Origin: an uncultured bacterium
GTDB taxonomy: Bacteria > Zixibacteria > MSB-5A5 > JAABVY01 > JAHJOQ01
Direction: 5' to 3'
Length of the DNA: 31,170 nucleotides
Assembly (NCBI GenBank): GCA_965369655.1
Contig: CBDUQR010000034.1
Location: forward strand, 1-31,170
The translations under genes were made by a program, and so were the position numbers. The stretch's first letter is position 1. Each line of letters begins with the position of its first letter. This document shows, in pieces, positions 25,292-31,170 of the stretch. The notes beneath the pieces are model-generated. The model was not told the DNA's origin and did not search any database. It saw only the letters and a list, made by a program, of their open reading frames with translations.

Positions 25292-26185
25292 TCAGCCGAC
25301 CGATGAATCTCTCTCCGGACGACTCAGGCTTCCCAGATAGATCGCGGCAAGCGCAATAAACGCACCGACACCCTCGATAGGTGCGGTTGGCCTTCCAAAG
25401 AATAGAACATCCCACACGAATGCCATCGCAGGTTGCAGAAGAAGAATCAGCCCTGCATTTGATGTTCGAACAAGCGGCAACCCTCGAGCGATCAGAACCC
25501 AACCGATCACCTGTCCGGCGAGACCATAACCGACGAGCGAGAAAAGGCTTTGAACATCTGGAATGCGGAAGCTCTCGCCTTCGACAAACCCGACAAGCCC
25601 AAGCGTCAACGCCGATGTCACTGATATCACGGCAACCGTAAGGAAGGACGATCCAAGCTTTGTTCCAGTTTGCAGTTTTCGGAAGACAATAAGATAGGAT
25701 GCATAGGAAAGCGCTGTCAGCAATCCGAATATCACTCCCAACCTGTATCCGGAGGTCATGGCGCTGAAGTCGACACCGACAATCATCGCCAGACCGATGA
25801 TCGCAAGCGATATGGATATGGCGAGCCTCCCTCCGATGCGCTCCCTGAGTATCACGACGCCAAAGGCCCCAAAAAAGAAGACCTGGAAGTTAGCGAGCAT
25901 TGTCGAGAGTCCGGGCCCGATTCGATGGATACTCCTGTGCCAGAAGAACAGATCTGCCGCGAAGATAAGCCCACAAATGACACAGAGCATTGCCGCCCGC
26001 CGCGTAAACCACAGCTTTTCTCGTCTCGCCAGCACAATTGTCGCCAGGATCAATCCGCCGAACAGCATCCTGTAGAAGCCTGCGACTGTCGGTCCGACAT
26101 GCGCGAGCTTGACAAAAACCGCCGAGAAGCTGATCATGACGGCTCCGGCGACCAGGTAGAGTATCCCTCTCTGCGAGTTTGTCAC
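25292..26185 (-). CDS. EamA/DMT family transporter
   Basis: 297 aa, ~10 TM in two repeats (AVFVKLA..FYRMLFG; LLLQP..W). Confidence 0.92.
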   Translation of the reverse strand: MTNSQRGILYLVAGAVMISFSAVFVKLAHVGPTVAGFYRMLFGGLILATIVLARREKLWFTRRAAMLCVICGLIFAADLFFWHRSIHRIGPGLSTMLANFQVFFFGAFGVVILRERIGGRLAISISLAIIGLAMIVGVDFSAMTSGYRLGVIFGLLTALSYASYLIVFRKLQTGTKLGSSFLTVAVISVTSALTLGLVGFVEGESFRIPDVQSLFSLVGYGLAGQVIGWVLIARGLPLVRTSNAGLILLLQPAMAFVWDVLFFGRPTAPIEGVGAFIALAAIYLGSLSRPERDSSVG

Positions 26186-26249
26186 GTATCACTTCCGTTC
26201 AATATAGGCATGCTGCAAAACCTCATGTCGGGCACGAGCCTGAGATGTC

Positions 26250-26646
26250 GTCATCGCGAGGAGCGGAGCGACGCTCCATGTGCGCGCAGGGGCTATGCCC
26301 CTGCGCATCGTCGAGGCACAGCCTCGACGCGCACGCGTGGGTGAGCCACCAAGCATACTGTAGGCGGCAGATGTCCTCGCAAGTCCTGAGTCTCGAAGGG
26401 TCTGCCCCTCTTGTACTAACATCGGCAGATGTGGAGAGGCTGTCCCATAAGGTAGTTTCGACGGGTCTTGGCGACGACGGAGTCGTCGGTGTGACCTGGC
26501 GATCTTCTGCAAGCTGTTGCCAGACATTGCTTCCATTTGCCGGCAGTTCACACGTCCGCCTTCGGCGGACGCAAGAACAGCCGGAACGGATGCTTTTAGG
26601 ACAACCTCCGGACATCTGCCGAGCACTGAGCATCTGCGCTCTTACA
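26250..26646. repeat. mosaic cluster of REP-like hairpins
   Basis: Perfect stems 26284-26306 (10 bp) and 26309-26329 (9 bp); GGGTGAGCCACC matches 12883-12894 inverted; GTCCTGAGTCTCGAAGGG at 26383; GCAGATG/CATCTGC units around 26358-26646. Confidence 0.75.
26436..26608. mobile_element. 173-bp MITE-like element with 16-bp imperfect TIRs (copy 2 of the structured repeat)
   Basis: Left GAGGCTGTCCCATAAG; right CTTTTAGGACAACCTC (reverse complement GAGGTTGTCCTAAAAG, 13/16 match). It sits at the centre of the palindrome TCGGCAGATGT...ACATCTGCCGA; the interior matches 2686-2854. Confidence 0.75.
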
Positions 26647-26804
26647 GCCACGTCTCAGTCAGGATAATGCGATGTGGATTCATTGTCATACAAAAAGCCG
26701 TATCGAACGTAGATAATGTTGATATGAGCAGGTCAATTCAATATTGACAACCATAGCGGTGCGGGTTTTCTTAGCTGCGAAAGAATCAGCGAAAGGAGGA
26801 AAAT

Positions 26805-27365
26805 TTGAAGAGGCTGATTATTCTGTGCACACTGGGGTTTGTTCTCGCTCTGTCGATATCTGATGCTCATGCCATCAAACTTGGTGGAGGTGGGTTTGTC
26901 GGTATGAACATGCCGGTCGGGATGGAAGACGTCACCATGAGTTCAATGTATGGCATCAAGGCCAGGATTATTCTCATGCCCGCGATCGGTATCGAGCCTA
27001 ACTTCATCATCGCGAATTACGGCGATGGAGAAGCCGAAGTCTACGGTGTGACTATGGCGAGAGACGGCGGTGACATAAGTGCATTCGGCGTCGACGCCGT
27101 GATCGGCGGAATTCAGGGAAACCCGGGACTTTCGGTCTATGGTATCCTCGGGCTTGGGTCCGCCAAATGGTCGAGGGAAGGCCTCGAAGATATCTCCAGG
27201 ATGAACTGGCGCTTAGGGCTGGGGCTGGAGTATGGTTTCACGGAGATGATTTCGCTCGATATCAGAAGCACGGCGCAGATCATCCCCAATGAAGACGGGA
27301 CTTATAAGAACATCGGTGTGACCGCCGGCGTGAACTTCTACTTTGGCGAGATGGGGGGTATATAG
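26805..27365 (+). CDS. outer-membrane beta-barrel protein
   Basis: AAGGAGG RBS plus TTG start; signal peptide ending AHA; amphipathic strands; GVTAGVNFYF near the C-terminus. Confidence 0.8.
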   Translation: MKRLIILCTLGFVLALSISDAHAIKLGGGGFVGMNMPVGMEDVTMSSMYGIKARIILMPAIGIEPNFIIANYGDGEAEVYGVTMARDGGDISAFGVDAVIGGIQGNPGLSVYGILGLGSAKWSREGLEDISRMNWRLGLGLEYGFTEMISLDIRSTAQIIPNEDGTYKNIGVTAGVNFYFGEMGGI

Positions 27366-27367
27366 TT

Positions 27368-27901
27368 ATGAAAAAGATGCTGAAATATCTCCCGCTGTTG
27401 CTACTCGTTTTGTTTGTCGGATGCAATATCATTACCGGCAACAAGCTGATCGTGATCGAACTTGGCGACGCAACCGTTGAGGGTACGAGCAGTGGTTTCG
27501 AGAAATGGCGCGTCAGCAAAGATGACCCGAAGAATGGAACATGGAAAGACCATGCTGAGGATATCAAGCATGTAGTCGATCTCGGATTCGCCGTTCAGAT
27601 CAAGAATGATGCCAATGTAGTGGCTACTGCGAAGTTCTACGTATCCGAGGACAGCACTCTGAGTACTGTGACGGAAGTAGACAGTCTGGCTACGCTGGTG
27701 CTCAGCGGCATTTCGGTCGCCGCAAACTCAACGAAGATCATCAAGTGGCAGGATTCGTACGATTACCTTCACAATTTCGACACGCTCAAGGAATTGATCC
27801 TCAAGGGTAAGTTCTGGTTATACGCGACTGCGGTCGGCTCACCGGTCGACGTTACTTTCCACAACACGGCGGTGATCCTGACCATCAACGCAAAGCCGTA
27901 G
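27368..27901 (+). CDS. hypothetical lipoprotein
   Basis: MKKMLKYLPLLLLVLFVG-C lipobox; 2 nt after the OMP gene. Confidence 0.8.
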   Translation: MKKMLKYLPLLLLVLFVGCNIITGNKLIVIELGDATVEGTSSGFEKWRVSKDDPKNGTWKDHAEDIKHVVDLGFAVQIKNDANVVATAKFYVSEDSTLSTVTEVDSLATLVLSGISVAANSTKIIKWQDSYDYLHNFDTLKELILKGKFWLYATAVGSPVDVTFHNTAVILTINAKP

Positions 27902-27927
27902 AGTTTTCTGACGACATATTCTGATAA

Positions 27928-27960
27928 AAGCCCTCTGATACTACAGGGGGCTTCTCTTAT
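27928..27960 (+). terminator. intrinsic terminator
   Basis: AAGCCCTCTG-ATACTA-CAGGGGGCTT stem followed by CTCTTAT. Confidence 0.65.
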
Positions 27961-28032
27961 GTTACCTCACATAATCTACCGGAACATATGGCCCGATTCG
28001 GAGTTGCAAATCTGATGTTGCCGCTGTTGGAC

Positions 28033-28061
28033 TTGACATCGAGATTCGATGCGGTTAGCTT
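28033..28061 (+). promoter_or_regulatory. sigma70 promoter of lpdA
   Basis: TTGACA-17 nt-TAGCTT. Confidence 0.55.
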
Positions 28062-28113
28062 CAGGCGACCTGAGTTCGACAGGCGATGATTCATCAGAAA
28101 GGACGATTGTCAG

Positions 28114-29517
28114 ATGGGTGACCGATATGACGTAGCAGTTCTTGGTGGCGGACCAGGCGGATATGTGGCAGCCATTCGTGCCGCACAACTCGGAGCAAGA
28201 GTAGCGTGCATCGAAAAGGAACGACTCGGTGGAGTCTGTCTCAACTGGGGATGTATCCCGACAAAAGCGATGATCGCTACGGCTTCGTTGTACAGGAAAA
28301 TCCTCGATGCCGAGAAATTCGGGATCAAAGTCGGAGGTCCTGTCAGCGTTGATCTCAACGCAGTCCTGGCCAGGAAAAACAAGATCGTCGATGGTCTCGT
28401 TAAGGGCGTCGAATTCCTGTTCAAGCATCACAACATAGACTTGCTCAATGGACGCGGCAGACTTACGTCTGAACACGAGATCGAAATCGAGAAAGAAGGC
28501 GGCACCGAGTCGATCGAAGCCGAGAATATTATCGTTGCGACAGGATCGAGTCCGCTGAACATCCCGGTCTTTCCATTCGACGGAGAGGGAATCATATCAT
28601 CGAATGAGATGGTGACAATGACTGAGATACCGTCGTCGCTGCTGATAATCGGCGCCGGCGTCATCGGATGTGAGTTCGCTTTCCTGATGTCGCGACTCGG
28701 ATGCAGAGTCGAGATGGTGGAGATGCTCTCCCACGCCCTGCCGCTCGAAGACGAAGATGTCTCGAAACTGATAGAGCGCGAACTGAAGAAATCGAAGATC
28801 AAACCGCATCTCGGTAAGAGAGTCGCAAAAGTAGAGCGAGCCGATGATGGCGGCATGGTCGCGACCATCGAGGGAGCCACCGAGATCAGAACCGACAAAG
28901 TGCTCGTATCAATTGGTCGATCGTTCAACACGAAGGATATCGGCCTGATGGAGGTCGGCGTCGAGTTGAACGAGAACGGATCGATCAGAGTTGACGAGTA
29001 CATGAGGACGAATATCGAGAGTATTTACGCCATCGGTGACGCCGCCGGCAAGTATCTGCTGGCATACACGGCCTCAGCCGAAGGCTGCATCGCCGCGGCC
29101 AATTGCGTTGGTCAGAATCGTAAGATCGACTACGCCGGCGTTCCAAATGCTATTTTCACCACTCCGGAAGTCGGTACTGTCGGACTGCGAGAGAGTCAGG
29201 CGCGGAAAGCCGGATACAATGTGAAAGTGGGACGATTCAGATTCATCGCTCTCGGCAAAGCGCAAGCCGAGAATGAGATCGAAGGCGAGGTCAAGATCGT
29301 CGCCGATGCCGATACCGACAGGATTCTCGGTGTCCATATTGTTGGGGCGCATGCGACCGACCTGATCCACGAGAGCGCGCTTGCTGTGAGATATGGGTTG
29401 ACGGTCGAGCAACTCGGTGATGCCTTCCATGCCCATCCCGTTATGGCCGAGGCAGTACTCGAAGCGGCCCATGATGTTCACGGTCTTTCGATTCACACTC
29501 TCAAATCCGGGAAGTAG
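28114..29517 (+). CDS. lpdA: dihydrolipoamide dehydrogenase
   Basis: GGGPGGYVAAIRAAQLG, GGVCLNWGCIPTK redox disulfide, GAGVIGCE, IYAIGD, HAHPVMAE. Confidence 0.95.
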   Translation: MGDRYDVAVLGGGPGGYVAAIRAAQLGARVACIEKERLGGVCLNWGCIPTKAMIATASLYRKILDAEKFGIKVGGPVSVDLNAVLARKNKIVDGLVKGVEFLFKHHNIDLLNGRGRLTSEHEIEIEKEGGTESIEAENIIVATGSSPLNIPVFPFDGEGIISSNEMVTMTEIPSSLLIIGAGVIGCEFAFLMSRLGCRVEMVEMLSHALPLEDEDVSKLIERELKKSKIKPHLGKRVAKVERADDGGMVATIEGATEIRTDKVLVSIGRSFNTKDIGLMEVGVELNENGSIRVDEYMRTNIESIYAIGDAAGKYLLAYTASAEGCIAAANCVGQNRKIDYAGVPNAIFTTPEVGTVGLRESQARKAGYNVKVGRFRFIALGKAQAENEIEGEVKIVADADTDRILGVHIVGAHATDLIHESALAVRYGLTVEQLGDAFHAHPVMAEAVLEAAHDVHGLSIHTLKSGK

Positions 29518-29851
29518 TGGAATCCGGATCGATGCGCCGAAATCAAAGCAGCGGATTCTGCGGCGGTATTTACGCATATCCTGCGTCAGTATATGATAGT
29601 GTGCGACAATAGATTATAGCTGACACATGCTCTGTTGCGCACCTGTCCGCAGCGCAGCGACTGCGGACAGGCCCACTCGAATCACCAGACAGATTGATCG
29701 ATTACCGGGCCTATCCTGCTGCGAAACAACACATAAGAGGCCGAGTCATGTGCGGCAGCCCAATTCGGCACAGGTTTTGATACTCTTAATGGTTGTCAGT
29801 TACTCTAAGTACTTGATTTGGCGGTGAAGGGTACTTTGAGGAGGGGATGTG

Positions 29852-29892
29852 AGGAGTTCCTTCGGAGACGAAGGAACTCCTTCTAATTTTCT
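29852..29892. terminator. strong hairpin, likely terminator between convergent lpdA and carboxypeptidase
   Basis: 13-bp perfect stem AGGAGTTCCTTCG-GAGA-CGAAGGAACTCCT followed by a T-rich tract. Confidence 0.7.
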
Positions 29893-29925
29893 ATGAGACA
29901 GGTAAGCCTGCTGATTGTCAAGAGA

Positions 29926-31170
29926 TTATTGCCCGTACAGCTCTCCAAACTTCGATTTCAGATAGTCCATCATCGGTTTGTGTGACAGGGGTTTTCCAGT
30001 GACACGTTCACATAGCCCCTCCGCCGAGTATCTTCGTCCGTGACAGTGTATGTTATCGTTGAGCCATTTCTTGAGTCCGGCGAATTCGCCATTCCTGAAG
30101 CTGTCCTGCATGTCAGGCATAGCTTCTCCGGCTGTGGCGAAGAATTGCGACGCATAGAGATTACCCAGTGCATACGTGGCAAAATACCCGAACAAGCCTG
30201 CGCTCCAGTGGATATCCTGCAGGCAGCCCTCGGCATCGTCCTTCGGTGTGATTCCAAAGAATTCCTTGAATTTGTCATTCCAGACTGATGGAAGGTCTTC
30301 GGGTTTGATCTCTCCACGGAACAGATCGCGCTCGATCTCGAATCTCAGGAGAATATGCAGATTGTATGTCACCTCGTCAGCCTCGACCCTGATGAACGAC
30401 GGCTGTACATTGTTAATCGCGAAGAAGAAATCATCGAATGCCACGCCCTTAAGCGATGGGAATTTCGCAATCGCTTTCGGATAGAAATGCTCCCAGAAAG
30501 GTCTGCTTCGCCCAACAAGGTTCTCCCACATTCTCGATTGAGACTCGTGAATGCCAAGCGAAATGGGATGCCCGAGCGGAGTGCCGAAGTGTTCATCCAG
30601 GAGTCCCTGCTGATAGATGCCATGACCAGCTTCGTGCATGATACCGAACAGCGCCTGCCCGAGATGCTTAAGATTGAAACGAGTGGTGATCCTGACATCG
30701 CCGGGACCGATTGTCGTGCAGAACGGATGCGTCGTGACATCAAGACGACCAATGTTGAAATCGAAGCCGATAGCCGCGGCAGCTTCCCTGCCGAATTCCT
30801 CCTGAAGGCTCTCCGGAAAATCGTTCTCGATGATCGACATGTTCGGACGATTGCCCGAGTCTACGATCGATCTCACGAGAGGCACGAGTTCCGCGCGAAG
30901 TTTCGCGAAGACTTCGGAGATCGACTCAACGGTCGCGTACGGTTCATAGTCATCGATCAGTGCATCGTATGGCTCGGTATCATACCCGTATGCTTCGGCC
31001 TGGCGCTTTTTCAGATCGATGACTTCCTTGAGCTTCGGCTCGAACATTGAAAAATCGGATTTCTCTCTCGCCTCAGCCCAAATGCCCTGAGCCAGCGACG
31101 TTACTCTTGCGATCTCTTCAACGAGTTCCTTCGGAAGTTTGACCTGCTTGTCGTATTCGCGGCGGATCTC
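29926..31170 (-). CDS. M32 (Taq-type) carboxypeptidase, 5'-partial
   Basis: HPFC, HEAGH, HESQSR, IRVEADE, GCLQDIHW, GYFATYALG motifs; the frame stays open to the window end. Confidence 0.95.
   Translation of the reverse strand, partial: EIRREYDKQVKLPKELVEEIARVTSLAQGIWAEAREKSDFSMFEPKLKEVIDLKKRQAEAYGYDTEPYDALIDDYEPYATVESISEVFAKLRAELVPLVRSIVDSGNRPNMSIIENDFPESLQEEFGREAAAAIGFDFNIGRLDVTTHPFCTTIGPGDVRITTRFNLKHLGQALFGIMHEAGHGIYQQGLLDEHFGTPLGHPISLGIHESQSRMWENLVGRSRPFWEHFYPKAIAKFPSLKGVAFDDFFFAINNVQPSFIRVEADEVTYNLHILLRFEIERDLFRGEIKPEDLPSVWNDKFKEFFGITPKDDAEGCLQDIHWSAGLFGYFATYALGNLYASQFFATAGEAMPDMQDSFRNGEFAGLKKWLNDNIHCHGRRYSAEGLCERVTGKPLSHKPMMDYLKSKFGELYGQ

Noticed and set aside
25197-25502. 102-aa N-terminal extension of the saccharopine dehydrogenase-like ORF
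   Set aside because: It overlaps the EamA gene; the RBS, promoter and Rossmann motif point to ATG 25196.
26179-26747. Several 76-162 aa ORFs on both strands
   Set aside because: They run through GC-rich REP/MITE palindromes and have no RBS or protein-like features.
30355-31050. 231-aa plus-strand ORF (likewise 25670-26344)
   Set aside because: Antisense shadows of the carboxypeptidase and EamA genes.

Overview
Chromosomal window from a probably anaerobic, diderm bacterium (lineage not determinable from sequence alone). 1-2565 is an AT-richer accessory segment with a frameshifted HigB toxin, a HigA-HTH/ImmA-IrrE metallopeptidase fusion, an unknown ORF and a small basic IS-associated protein, ending in an IS1-family-like terminal repeat. 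Next come a ccmCDEF cytochrome c maturation operon (CxxxY-type CcmE) and an Orange-protein (orp)-like Fe-S/NifX cluster with its PAS sigma54 activator, two enhancer palindromes and a -24/-12 promoter. These are followed by a glutamate dehydrogenase gene co-oriented with two PEP-synthase-like ATP-grasp proteins that lack the canonical PPDK His and TIM domains; one is fused to a GAF-like domain and a nucleotidyltransferase. The rest holds a metallophosphoesterase, an NfeD/flotillin/PspC envelope-stress module, a saccharopine/lysine dehydrogenase, an EamA transporter, an OMP plus lipoprotein pair, lpdA and a partial M32 carboxypeptidase. Intergenic regions carry nested REP-like palindromes and two inverted copies (2686-2854 and 26436-26608) of a structured ~170 bp element with compensatory base changes. 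The best candidate for an uncharacterised system is the gdh plus twin PPDK_N/nucleotidyltransferase locus.
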